This document shows positions 27,748-36,345 of a stretch of DNA of 46,494 nucleotides, one piece after another. Source of the DNA: Candidatus Micrarchaeota archaeon. GTDB taxonomy: Archaea; Micrarchaeota; Micrarchaeia; Norongarragalinales; SBBD01. The stretch lies in NCBI GenBank assembly GCA_043820675.1, contig JBDRDM010000116.1:1-46494 (forward strand), written 5' to 3'. The position numbers and the translations under genes are program-made. Each line of letters opens with the position of its first letter. Position 1 is the first letter of the stretch. The notes beneath the pieces are model-generated. The model was given only the letters and a program-made list of their open reading frames with translations. It searched no databases and was not told the origin of the DNA.

Positions 27748-28425
27748 ATGAATGGCAAGGAAATGGCTTCAAGGGAAGCGTTGCGGTTCGTTAGGGATAA
27801 GCAGGTCATAGGGCTTGGGACTGGAAGCACGGCCGCAATTTTCATCAAGCTGCTTTCCGAGAAGGTGAAGGCAGAAAACCTCGATATAAAGTGCGTGCCC
27901 ACCTCCCTTGCTTCAAAAGCGCTTGCCTACCAGCACGGCCTTGCCCTAATCGAGCCCGAAGAAGTGATCCGCATTGATTTAGCTGTGGACGGAGCCGACC
28001 TTGTGGACCAAAAGCTAAATCTCATAAAAGGAGGGGGCGGAGCGCATTGCCGGGAAAAGGTCATCGACTATTTCGCGGAAAAATTCGTGGTAATAGCGGA
28101 TTCCAGCAAAATTGCAAGGAAACTAAAAGGGCCCATTCCCCTTGAGATATTGAAATTTGCATTCCCGTTGGTGGAAAAGGCTCTGGAAAGGGACTTTGGA
28201 GTGCGAGTTGAGCTGAGGCGCAAACCAAACGGGGATGCATGGATATCCGACAATGGCAATTACATTGCGGATGCAAACTTCAAGCAGATAGCCAATCCCG
28301 CGAAGCTGGAATCGCAGCTTGATGCGGTTGCGGGCATTGTTGCCAACGGCATTTTTTCCAGGAATGTCCAAACGGTAATAGTCGGGTATGGGAAAAAAAC
28401 CAGGATCATGGGAAAGAAAAGGTAG
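27748..28425 (+). CDS. rpiA: Ribose-5-phosphate isomerase A
   Basis: VIGLGTGSTAAIFIKLL, VPTSLASK, LAVDGADLVDQKLNLIKGGGGAHCREKV and DNGNYIAD. The start could be 27748 or 27763. Confidence 0.9.
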   Translation: MNGKEMASREALRFVRDKQVIGLGTGSTAAIFIKLLSEKVKAENLDIKCVPTSLASKALAYQHGLALIEPEEVIRIDLAVDGADLVDQKLNLIKGGGGAHCREKVIDYFAEKFVVIADSSKIARKLKGPIPLEILKFAFPLVEKALERDFGVRVELRRKPNGDAWISDNGNYIADANFKQIANPAKLESQLDAVAGIVANGIFSRNVQTVIVGYGKKTRIMGKKR

Positions 28426-28535
28426 AAAAAGGGGGAATTCTTTAAGGTTGCATTGGTGCTGGGCCGGATGATGGCGTTTATGGCGGCAATGGCCAACTAC
28501 TTTATCCCTTATGTGATTGTTTGGTGAATGGACTT

Positions 28536-28709
28536 ATGGATGAACGCGCACAGACCGCAATTGAATACATTCTGCTCATAGGTTCGGTCATATTCCTTGT
28601 GATTATCGTCTTCTTTGTTGTCAAGGATAGGGTGTTTGGGGGTTCCGAGAGCAGCATTGGCAATAGCTCCGGAACGGTGATTTCAACCATTAGGAATGTC
28701 ACGAAGTGA
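28536..28709 (+). CDS. Class III signal-peptide protein (archaeal type IV pilin-like), 57 aa
   Basis: MDERAQTAIEYILLIGSVIFLVIIVFFVV has a short charged leader, a Q-x-x-x-E-Y motif and a hydrophobic helix. That combination is the archaeal prepilin-type N-terminus. Confidence 0.7.
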   Translation: MDERAQTAIEYILLIGSVIFLVIIVFFVVKDRVFGGSESSIGNSSGTVISTIRNVTK

Positions 28710-28932
28710 TTTGCTGTTCAGTTGCATGCATGCGCCTTATTATGCATCACGTGTTGCACGCAATTGGTGAACAACTGCCTGGCGCCTTATAAACCCCTTT
28801 TAAACTCCCAAAATTCCCTATTTTTTTGCCATTCTAGCATAGCATTATGCTATATTGGATGGCCTTTATGCAAAGGTATATATTTCGGTTCTGCGTCATA
28901 ATTCTGCGGATTCTGTGAAGGTGGGTTGAACT

Positions 28933-29004
28933 GGTCGCCCTTTGGTTCTGAAAGGGACCAATGCTGATTCTATTAGGCGACCCGTTCGTTTTCATCTCTT
29001 TTTT
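28933..29004 (+). ncRNA. Candidate structured small RNA or leader: nested hairpins followed by T6
   Basis: GGTCGCC (28933-28939) pairs with GGCGACC (28976-28982). The inner pair is CCCTTT (28938-28943) with AAAGGG (28951-28956). TTTTTT lies at 28999-29004, and the TATA-like TATATATTT at 28877-28885 is about 50 nt upstream. No family was recognised. Confidence 0.25.
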
Positions 29005-29231
29005 CCCACAATTAGCTTTGCCAATACTGGCCGTGATTGCTAGGGGCTATTTTGTTATCGCGGGAAAATCGCGCCCTGGGTTTTGGTTATTTTTTACCTC
29101 AAACACGAGCGTCCGTCTCCTTCATTCAATGCGTCCGTGCCATACTTCGAAGGGAACTGGCTTTTTTCCATCCAAATGCCCCTGCTTTCGTTTGGTCATG
29201 TGCTTAAAATGCTTATTTTCTTTCTTTTTCC

Positions 29232-29681
29232 ATGAATTACTCCGTTTTTTTCGCGTTCCTTGCAGCTATCCTCCTTTTGGGCTGCTCGACCCTGCGGCCT
29301 CCGGCTGTTTCACCCTCCCCATTTCCGGAAATTTCCATAGAACCCCCTTCCCCCAAGGATATCCTTTACTTTGAGGGCTGCCCAAATCGGCGCTGCATAA
29401 CCGAGCAGGCACAACCGGTCCTTGTTTATGTCGAGAACCGCATCAACCGTACAACACATGGGGCGCGCGGCCTGCCCTTCAATTTGCCCGAGTGCGGTGT
29501 CATTGAAACCGCATTCGACAAATCATCCCTTGCGGAACGGCGCATTACCGTGAATTCGCCGGATTTCTTCAACTATTTTACTCTCTATTACTACATACCC
29601 TATAAGCGTGGCGCCTACAATGTAAGGATAAAGACATCCTGTGAAGTCAGGGGCACCGTATATGGCATTGATTCTAAATGA
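29232..29681 (+). CDS. Putative lipoprotein (149 aa)
   Basis: MNYSVFFAFLAAILLLGCS is a signal peptide with a lipobox-like LLGC. A Pro-rich linker and a Cys-containing soluble domain follow. Confidence 0.6.
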   Translation: MNYSVFFAFLAAILLLGCSTLRPPAVSPSPFPEISIEPPSPKDILYFEGCPNRRCITEQAQPVLVYVENRINRTTHGARGLPFNLPECGVIETAFDKSSLAERRITVNSPDFFNYFTLYYYIPYKRGAYNVRIKTSCEVRGTVYGIDSK

Positions 29682-29740
29682 CAAATTCGAGGGGGATGTT
29701 TTCGCCCCGATCCTAAGAAATGGCCATTTTTGTTGATTGC

Positions 29741-30304
29741 ATGAGAATAACCGTATTAAGGCTTGGCCACCGCAAAAAGCGCGACGTGCGCATGACAACC
29801 CATTGCGGCCTTGTGGCGCGCGCTTTTTTTGCGGATGAATTCATTCTTTCCGGGGAGCTTGATGGCACTCCCCTAAATACCCTCGCATCCGTTGGTAAGA
29901 ACTGGGGCGGCAAGCTGAAAGCTAGGCATGAGCAAAATTGGCGCCAATTCCTGATGAAAAGGAAACGGAAAAAGGAAATAATCGTGCATTTGACCATGTA
30001 TGGCGTTCCAGCATTGGAAATTCTCCCCCAGTTGCGCCTGCTTTCAAAAAAACACCGGTTGATCGTCGTTGTCGGCTCCGAAAAAATGCCACCCGAAATC
30101 TACAAACTGGCTGATTTCAACATTGCGATCACAAGCCAGCCGCATTCTGAAGTTGCGGCCCTGGCAATTTTCCTAAATGAGATCCAAAATGGCGTGCCCC
30201 TTTCCCGCAGCGCCCAGCGCCATTTCGGGAAGGCCAAAAACATCATAAGGCCGGGCGCGAAGGGAAGGAATAATTCGGCATTTGGCTGCCGGAAGCAACA
30301 ATAA
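29741..30304 (+). CDS. trm56: tRNA (cytidine56-2'-O)-methyltransferase (SPOUT family)
   Basis: VLRLGHRKKRDVRMTTHCGLVARAFFAD, HLTMYG, VVVGSEKMPPEIYKLADFNIAITSQPHSEVAALAIFL. It aligns from memory with Pyrococcus aTrm56 along the whole length. Confidence 0.88.
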   Translation: MRITVLRLGHRKKRDVRMTTHCGLVARAFFADEFILSGELDGTPLNTLASVGKNWGGKLKARHEQNWRQFLMKRKRKKEIIVHLTMYGVPALEILPQLRLLSKKHRLIVVVGSEKMPPEIYKLADFNIAITSQPHSEVAALAIFLNEIQNGVPLSRSAQRHFGKAKNIIRPGAKGRNNSAFGCRKQQ

Positions 30305-30403
30305 TAATTGCGATAATGCTTTCCCTGGTACTGGTTTTTCCCCTCGGTTAATTGCCCAAACCACCCTAGCCGTTAATGATTTTGTCCATAAACAAAATAT
30401 TTT

Positions 30404-31552
30404 TCACCCAAAAAGCGCCTCCTCAACCAAACCATATGCCCCGAAATGGAAAATCAGCGCCGGCAAAAGCAATGCTCCCATCAAAAAGCCCCGCTTAACC
30501 CCAAGCTGCCTGCCGGCTATTCCAAGAAGGCACGAGGTTGATGCAATTAAAAGCCCCGGAAACCCTCCCATAATGAATATTGCAATTAGCATTCCGAGCA
30601 ACAGCATTCTTCTGGTATTCAGGTTTTGGATGTCCCTATAAATTCTGCAAATAGCTCCCTGGGCTCTTGCGGATATTGCCGCGGCAAAACATGCTGCTGT
30701 TAGGGAAATTGCACAAAGGAGAAAGATGGCCCTAATCCCATAGATTTCGAACAAAGGTTCAACAAGCACAGCCGCATAGCTCCTCGTATCTCCCGTGATC
30801 AGCCCGGCTGCCAAATCAAAAAACACCTTGGATACGATCAATGCAGGCAGGGCAATTGGCACTGCCTCGCCCACCTTTACCGTTATCAGAAGCAAACCCA
30901 AAAGCACGCCAACAGTCATTGCAGGGAAAAGCGTCGAGAGCGCGCTTGCAATAACGCATGCCACAACCACCCCCATATCCCCCCAATTTGAAATCCCCTT
31001 TTCCCGAGCTGTTTCTTCTACCTCCGCATCCATCTCTCCCATAAGGAGCGCGGGCAGCGCAAAGAAGCCCGAAAGCATTGGAAACAATGGCTCGGCCATA
31101 ACCCTATGAAATGCAAGTATTCCAAAAATTCCGCAGAGCAAAAATAGGGCGGCTCCTTTCACCATGTCCCTTACCTCCCTTTTCCCAATGAATTGTGAAA
31201 CGACAATCGAAAGGAAAAGGAATTTGAATTCCGCCTTCCAGGTATCCTTCAATAAGGGCAATAGCATGTAGGCCGCAGGCAGCAAAATTAGGCAAATTAC
31301 CAATGCCTTCATGGCTACGTGCGCAGCTTTTTCGAACGCTTCAAAATTCTTTGCAGAAAATCCCGCAACCACCATCATCGAGGGCATTAATGAAAAGAAG
31401 GAGTGGGATACCGAAACTGCAATTGCAAATGCCGCAAGCGAACCGGGCGCTTCGAATAATCCATGTAGCATCTGCAAGATGAGGTTAGTGTGGATGAAGG
31501 GAATTGCTCCAAATGCCCCAAGTGCCATTCCCACAATGGTTTCGGGGATCAT
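30404..31552 (-). CDS. Polytopic membrane protein, possibly of the DUF112/TctA-like family
   Basis: 382 aa with about 10 hydrophobic helices. The N-terminal GMALGAFGAIPFIH pattern is reminiscent of DUF112. The family assignment is tentative. Confidence 0.6.
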   Translation of the reverse strand: MIPETIVGMALGAFGAIPFIHTNLILQMLHGLFEAPGSLAAFAIAVSVSHSFFSLMPSMMVVAGFSAKNFEAFEKAAHVAMKALVICLILLPAAYMLLPLLKDTWKAEFKFLFLSIVVSQFIGKREVRDMVKGAALFLLCGIFGILAFHRVMAEPLFPMLSGFFALPALLMGEMDAEVEETAREKGISNWGDMGVVVACVIASALSTLFPAMTVGVLLGLLLITVKVGEAVPIALPALIVSKVFFDLAAGLITGDTRSYAAVLVEPLFEIYGIRAIFLLCAISLTAACFAAAISARAQGAICRIYRDIQNLNTRRMLLLGMLIAIFIMGGFPGLLIASTSCLLGIAGRQLGVKRGFLMGALLLPALIFHFGAYGLVEEALFG

Positions 31553-31932
31553 CGCCTCTGCACCCTAAGCGACCTGTAATTTAGCAATTCAATCGAGAGC
31601 GAATCCTTGTATGATTCAACGACTCCCTCGATTGCCACCCAATCCCCGTTTTCAAGCTTTCCCAAATCCACGTTGGTTTGCTGCATCCTGCTTGCCATTG
31701 CTTGAAAAATTGCAACACTAAGGCACTTATTTTGGCAGATGCTGAAAAAATACGAGCCCTGGGAATTCCTCATTCCAGAGATCCTTCCCCTGATCGCAAT
31801 GATCCTTCCGATATCGCTTTCCGATAATTCATCTATTTGCGCATCCTGCGGCTGCATGCTCTTGGAAATCGCCCAAATCGAAAGCATCCCGAGCACGGTC
31901 CCAAATAGGCAAACCAGCATCAGCTTGTCCAT
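31549..31932 (-). CDS. Membrane-anchored OB-fold (tRNA_anti-like) domain protein
   Basis: N-terminal TM LMLVCLFGTVLGMLSIWAI, then the pattern IIAIRGRISGMRNSQGSYFFSICQN...LSVAIF...GDWVAIEGVVESYKDSLSIEL, typical of small OB-fold domains. It overlaps the downstream gene by 4 nt. Confidence 0.55.
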   Translation of the reverse strand: MDKLMLVCLFGTVLGMLSIWAISKSMQPQDAQIDELSESDIGRIIAIRGRISGMRNSQGSYFFSICQNKCLSVAIFQAMASRMQQTNVDLGKLENGDWVAIEGVVESYKDSLSIELLNYRSLRVQRR

Positions 31933-32131
31933 GCCTTCCCTTGCCGGCTGCCCCTATATTTTGGTGCGGTTGATTTTTCATCCACAAATTGTTGATTTTC
32001 AGAGGCAAAGCTAGGCAGTCAAAAAAAAGAATCAGAAAAGGAGGAAAAAATACTCTCCATAGCCCATGCCTTTGCTTCCGTTCCCTCCAAGTTTAAAGCC
32101 AGGATTTTCTGGTCATCTGCAAACTTCCCGC

Positions 32132-32557
32132 TTACCAGCCTATTCCTTCATTTCGGAAAGTCTGGGCGCCCGCTCCGGAAAACCTAACCCTCAAGTTTCC
32201 ATCTGTTATCCCCATAAGTGCATCAGATCCAGCGCCCTGCCAAATGAGGCCGTCCTTATCGGCGAACAAAACCTTTTTCATATGACCCCCTATCCCGCCG
32301 CCACTTGAAAGGAAAGGGTTAGGAAACTCTCCGCCAAGTCCTCCATGTAGTGCTGCGTCATCTCCAGAAGCCAAATCGATAATCAACTCGCCAGAACCAG
32401 CACCGCTAGCTAAAAATGGATCGCCAAACTCATCTCCAATTCCTCCACCATTGGATTTCAAAATGCTTACGTTCTCATCTCCGCGAATTCCTCCGCCCAT
32501 TGCCAGGAAAAACATTCCCCCAATTAACAAACACGAAACCAACAATACTATTCTCAT
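32132..32557 (-). CDS. Secreted Gly-rich protein with an internal repeat (141 aa)
   Basis: The ATG at 32557 is preceded by AAGGTGG. Signal peptide MRIVLLVSCLLIGGMFFLAMG. Repeated motif: GGGIGDEFGDPFLASG and GGLGGEFPNPFLSSGGG. Confidence 0.6.
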   Translation of the reverse strand: MRIVLLVSCLLIGGMFFLAMGGGIRGDENVSILKSNGGGIGDEFGDPFLASGAGSGELIIDLASGDDAALHGGLGGEFPNPFLSSGGGIGGHMKKVLFADKDGLIWQGAGSDALMGITDGNLRVRFSGAGAQTFRNEGIGW

Positions 32558-32689
32558 GCTACCACCTTCTTGACTGCTGCTTAAACTAACCTTGAAGGGG
32601 TATATATTCGTTGCTAATCGGTGCTGGTCGGATGCGATCCTTTCGTACATGGCGAATACTTAAGGATATTGATAAATAAACAGAACAAG

Positions 32690-32714
32690 AAAAATAAATA
32701 AAAAAAAAGAAAAA
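32690..32714 (-). terminator. Oligo-T tract directly after the thermosome stop
   Basis: The minus strand reads TGA followed by TTTTTCTTTTTTTTTATTTATTTT. Archaeal termination typically uses such T runs. Confidence 0.4.
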
Positions 32715-34370
32715 TCAGTGGCCGTGGTCCATGTCCTCCCCGCCCATGCCAGGCGGCATCCCGCCGGCCATTCCCTTGCCCTTTCCGGCGATGATGTCAT
32801 CAATCCTAAGGATCATTTCCACGACCTCCGAAGCGCTCTGGATCGCCTGCTTTTTGATCTTCAAAGGCTCAATTACGGAAAGCGATTTCATGTCCGCGAG
32901 CTTCGAGTTATATACGTCGATTCCGAGATATTTCCCGGATTTGCCGTGCTTTGCCCTAAGCTCCACAAGCGCATCGATGGCATCCATTCCGCAGCTTTCT
33001 GCAAGAGTCCTTGGAATAACTTCCAGGGAATCCGCAAAGGCGGAAATCGCAAGCTGTTCCCTGCCGCCTACTTCCACGGCATATTTCCTAAGGTGGGTTG
33101 CCAGCTCCATTTCGATGCTTCCTCCGCCCGTTACGTACTTGCCCTCCTCTATTGCGGAACTGATCGCACCTATCGCATCCACGACCGCGCGCTCCGCTTC
33201 GTCAACGACATGCTGCGTTCCGCCCCTAACAAAAATCGTCACGGACTTTGGCTCCTTGCACCTTTCGACGAATACCATGTGCTCTCCGGCAATTTTCCTC
33301 TCCTCAACGATCCCCGCCCTTCCCAGGTCCTTCTCATCCAGGTCGTCGAGCGTGGTGGTTATTCTGCCGCCGGTTGCCCTCACAAGCTTTTCCATGTCCG
33401 ATTTCTTCACGCGCCTTGCCGCAAGGATGCCCTTCTTTGAAAGGTAATGCTGTGCAACATCATCGATCCCTTTCTGGCAAAACAGCACATTGCAGCCGCT
33501 CTTTGCGACCTTATCTACCATATCCTTTAGCATCTTTTCCTCCTGCTCAAGGAAGGCCGTCATCTGGTTGGGTGAGGTGATTGAAATGCGCGCATCCGTT
33601 TCGGTCTTTTCGATTTCAAGGGCCGCATCCACAAGGGCTATTTTCGCATTCTCCAGCCTCTTTGGCATTCCCGGATGCACGATCTCCTTGTCGATAAGGA
33701 CGCCGTTGATGATGCTTGTTTGCATCACATCGCCCCCCTGCTTCTTTTCGATTTTCACAAAATCCTTGTCTATTTGAATCTTGCCGTCCTTGTTCTCGGC
33801 GACCTGCGTCACCGCCTGCACGACGAGCTTTGCGAGAGTATTCTTGGTTCCGCCAGCGCCGATGGTTTTGCTTCCCATGGCAATTGCGCCGATCTTTTCA
33901 AGCGTTGCTATGTCCTTGTATGTCACGTTTTCGCCAACGTCAAGGAGCAGCCTTTGCGCCCTTTCAGCTGCCTGCTTGTAGCCCGTGATGATCGTTGATG
34001 CATGTATGTTCTGGTCAAGCAGCTCGAGGCTCTTTTTGAGCAATTCCCCGGCAAGCACGACCGCGCTTGTCGTTCCATCGCCGACCTCCTGATCCTGTGT
34101 TTTTGCGATCTCGACCATCATCTTCCCTGCAGGGTGCTCTATGTTCATCTCTTGCAAAATCGTGGCCCCGTCATTGGTAATTACGATATCCCCCATGTCG
34201 TCCACTAGCATCTTGTCCATCCCGCGGGGGCCAAGCGTGCTCTTGACCGCTTGCGCTACCGCATAACCCACTGCGATGTTCGTGCGCTGCGCGTCCCTCC
34301 CGAGGATGCGCTGAGCGCCCTCCGGCAGGATCATAATCTGCTGGTTTTGCAATTTTCCTTCGTTTCCCAT
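32715..34370 (-). CDS. ths: Thermosome subunit (group II chaperonin)
   Basis: [54 protein letters not shown] and the Gly/Met-rich tail [20 protein letters not shown] lies 5 nt upstream of the ATG. Confidence 0.97.
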   Translation of the reverse strand: MGNEGKLQNQQIMILPEGAQRILGRDAQRTNIAVGYAVAQAVKSTLGPRGMDKMLVDDMGDIVITNDGATILQEMNIEHPAGKMMVEIAKTQDQEVGDGTTSAVVLAGELLKKSLELLDQNIHASTIITGYKQAAERAQRLLLDVGENVTYKDIATLEKIGAIAMGSKTIGAGGTKNTLAKLVVQAVTQVAENKDGKIQIDKDFVKIEKKQGGDVMQTSIINGVLIDKEIVHPGMPKRLENAKIALVDAALEIEKTETDARISITSPNQMTAFLEQEEKMLKDMVDKVAKSGCNVLFCQKGIDDVAQHYLSKKGILAARRVKKSDMEKLVRATGGRITTTLDDLDEKDLGRAGIVEERKIAGEHMVFVERCKEPKSVTIFVRGGTQHVVDEAERAVVDAIGAISSAIEEGKYVTGGGSIEMELATHLRKYAVEVGGREQLAISAFADSLEVIPRTLAESCGMDAIDALVELRAKHGKSGKYLGIDVYNSKLADMKSLSVIEPLKIKKQAIQSASEVVEMILRIDDIIAGKGKGMAGGMPPGMGGEDMDHGH

Positions 34371-34475
34371 TCAAATCACCTATTCGATAAAAACCATTAA
34401 TGCAAATGCCCCCATCTCCCCTTAAGCGGAATTTACGCCCCTAGAACGAGATCCCTAACTTGGAATTAATAGCTT

Positions 34476-34495
34476 AGAATATCAGAGGATATTCT
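34476..34495. promoter_or_regulatory. Perfect 8+8 palindrome AGAATATC-N4-GATATTCT between the CxxC membrane gene and the thermosome gene
   Basis: Read directly from the sequence. It lies about 30 nt downstream of the stop at 34524 and about 105 nt upstream of the thermosome ATG. It could be an operator or a terminator hairpin. Confidence 0.35.
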
Positions 34496-34523
34496 TATCA
34501 AATTAAAGTTAAAAAACCTATTG

Positions 34524-35069
34524 TTAAACGCCATTCCCTCCCCCTTTCCGTCCAGGGTGCAATAAGGTCATTCCACACACCTCGCAATGGTTGTTAATCC
34601 GCCTCGATGTGAGGAAAATCGATATTGCGACCATCAGGAAGCCAAAAACCGTAATTTCCCAGCGGTGCTCCAAAAGGAAGAACACGCCGGCCGTCCCAAG
34701 GAATGAGAACAGCACGCCTACGCATGCGCCGCATGTCGCGGTTGCGAATACGCCCGAAATGATGCTCGATACGAATGCCGAAATCCCGCTGCCCAGCTCT
34801 TTCCTATCACTGCTTTTCGTGTTCTTGATTACGTAATATTGCATTGCGATAAGAACGCCCATCAGCCCTCCAAGGAACGCTATCGCAAAAAGCCCCCATA
34901 CCGGCGTAATATCGAGAAACAGCTCCAATGTATTTCCCGGAGTTACCGCTATTGGTATGTACGCATATATTGCGGTCATTGCAATGCCGGCAACAAGCGC
35001 GATGAAGACGTATTTCTTATCGAAAAAAGCCAGTGCCAAAGCCGCCCTGACCTCTTCGTAAGGGTTCAT
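34524..35069 (-). CDS. Polytopic membrane protein with an intramembrane CGAC and a C-terminal CEVC motif; no family recognised
   Basis: 181 aa with 4-5 hydrophobic helices. C113-G-A-C116 sits inside helix SGVFATATCGACVGVLFSFL. H161-C-E-V-C165 follows the last helix. The gene lies downstream of, and co-directional with, the DsbA-like gene. Confidence 0.7.
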   Translation of the reverse strand: MNPYEEVRAALALAFFDKKYVFIALVAGIAMTAIYAYIPIAVTPGNTLELFLDITPVWGLFAIAFLGGLMGVLIAMQYYVIKNTKSSDRKELGSGISAFVSSIISGVFATATCGACVGVLFSFLGTAGVFFLLEHRWEITVFGFLMVAISIFLTSRRINNHCEVCGMTLLHPGRKGGGNGV

Positions 35070-35190
35070 CTATTCACCTTAAAAAAAATGTAAATAAGGA
35101 AAGGGCATTAAGGAACGATCCAACGAATCCAATCTCTCCCCATGCGCCTCCATGCCCGATTATCCCTCCCCTCCCCCCAATGTACCTTCT

Positions 35191-35970
35191 TTAGGCAAAA
35201 CTTTGCAGCGCCTGCTGGAATACGCTATATGGCTGCGCACCGACAAGGTTTTGGCCGTTGATGAAGAACGAGGGCGTGCCGGTGACCCCGTTTGCGATGC
35301 CTTCCTGGAGGTCCGCATTCACCTTGTCGGCCTTCTCGCCGCTGTCAAGGCAGGAGTTGAACTTTGTCGTATCCAGCTTCAGGTCCGCCGCATACTTCTT
35401 AAGGTCCGTAACCTGGATTGCTCCCTGGTTCTCAAACATTATGTCGTGCATCTCCCAGAATTTGCCCTGGTCGTTTGCGCATTCTGTTGCCTCTGCTGCC
35501 TTTTGGGCATTTGGATGGATCTGGTTTAGGGGGAAGTGCTTGAATATTATTTTCGCCTTTCCGGTATCAATCCAGTCGGTTATGATTGAGGGGTAGGTCA
35601 GTGAATAGAACCTCTCGCAGTACGGGCACTGGAAATCGGAATATTCCACAATTGTAATTTTCGCATCGCTCTTGCCCTTCACTGCTGCTCCCTCCAAATT
35701 GAAGTTGGGACCGGTTGGCTGCTGCTGGGGCGCTTGGGTTGCCGTTGGGGTTGGAGTTGCCTGCAATTGCTGGCCTGTTCCGATATTGCTGTTGATGTTG
35801 ATTTTCAAATTCCCAAGGTTGGTGTTTATTTGCGCCAGGTTGGAATTGACGCCGTTGACTGCATATATGATGACTCCAGATAATATGATGACGGAAACGA
35901 TGATTGCAATCGCGACCGCATACATGCCTTCGTTGCTTTCCTTCTTGTGGTGTTCGTGATGCTCTTCCAT
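35191..35970 (-). CDS. Membrane-anchored DsbA-like thioredoxin-fold thiol:disulfide oxidoreductase
   Basis: N-terminal TM YAVAIAIIVSVIILSGVIIYAV, a Gln/Pro/Thr linker, then ITIVEYSDFQCPYCERF (CPYC active site), FWEMHD and GVTGTPSFFINGQ (cis-Pro loop region). These are typical of DsbA/Thioredoxin_4 proteins. Confidence 0.85.
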   Translation of the reverse strand: MEEHHEHHKKESNEGMYAVAIAIIVSVIILSGVIIYAVNGVNSNLAQINTNLGNLKININSNIGTGQQLQATPTPTATQAPQQQPTGPNFNLEGAAVKGKSDAKITIVEYSDFQCPYCERFYSLTYPSIITDWIDTGKAKIIFKHFPLNQIHPNAQKAAEATECANDQGKFWEMHDIMFENQGAIQVTDLKKYAADLKLDTTKFNSCLDSGEKADKVNADLQEGIANGVTGTPSFFINGQNLVGAQPYSVFQQALQSFA

Positions 35971-36345
35971 TAATACCTACCCCATCCCATTCCGGGATTT
36001 TTTATCAATCAGCAGTTTGGAACAATATTCGAGCCCTTGAAGCTTTTTAAAGCCTTTCAATATATTAACGCCCCCTCCCCCCGGGCGCATTATTCTTTGC
36101 TTTTTCCCATGCCAACCTTCTTCTCCGATGCCTTTTCCTTCCTATCCCCAACCGCTTTGCAGCATTTCAAAAACATCGGGCATTTCATAATTGTTTTTTC
36201 CATCCGGCGGTATTTATGGGTGAGTTTTAAGGTCTAAATTCCATAAAAACCGGCTTTTTTTTGCATTTGCGCATTTTCCTTCCAGTATGGTGCAAATAGC
36301 AACCAATTTTAGCATTCACCGCCCAATATTTTGGGGTTGAATTCC

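Noticed and set aside
28905-29004. Whether the hairpin element is a C/D-box or H/ACA sRNA, a tRNA or a known riboswitch.
   Set aside because: I found no RUGAUGA C box paired with a terminal CUGA at the right spacing, no ACA box after the stem and no tRNA cloverleaf. I kept it only as an unclassified candidate.
28961-29374. A 137-aa plus-strand ORF in the large intergenic region.
   Set aside because: It overlaps the lipoprotein gene (29232-29681) in another frame, its product is Cys/Phe-rich and implausible, and it starts inside the hairpin element. I interpret the region as non-coding.
32718-33447. Two long plus-strand ORFs (240 and 238 aa) inside the thermosome gene.
   Set aside because: They are antisense shadow frames of a highly conserved, confidently identified gene. 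Their translations are low-complexity, rich in Arg, Pro and Ser, with no motifs.
36090-36188. A 32-aa Cys-containing minus-strand mini-ORF (MKCPMFLKCCKAVGDRKEK...) in the DsbA-tal divergent spacer.
   Set aside because: It has no RBS and is very short. It is most likely chance within a promoter region.
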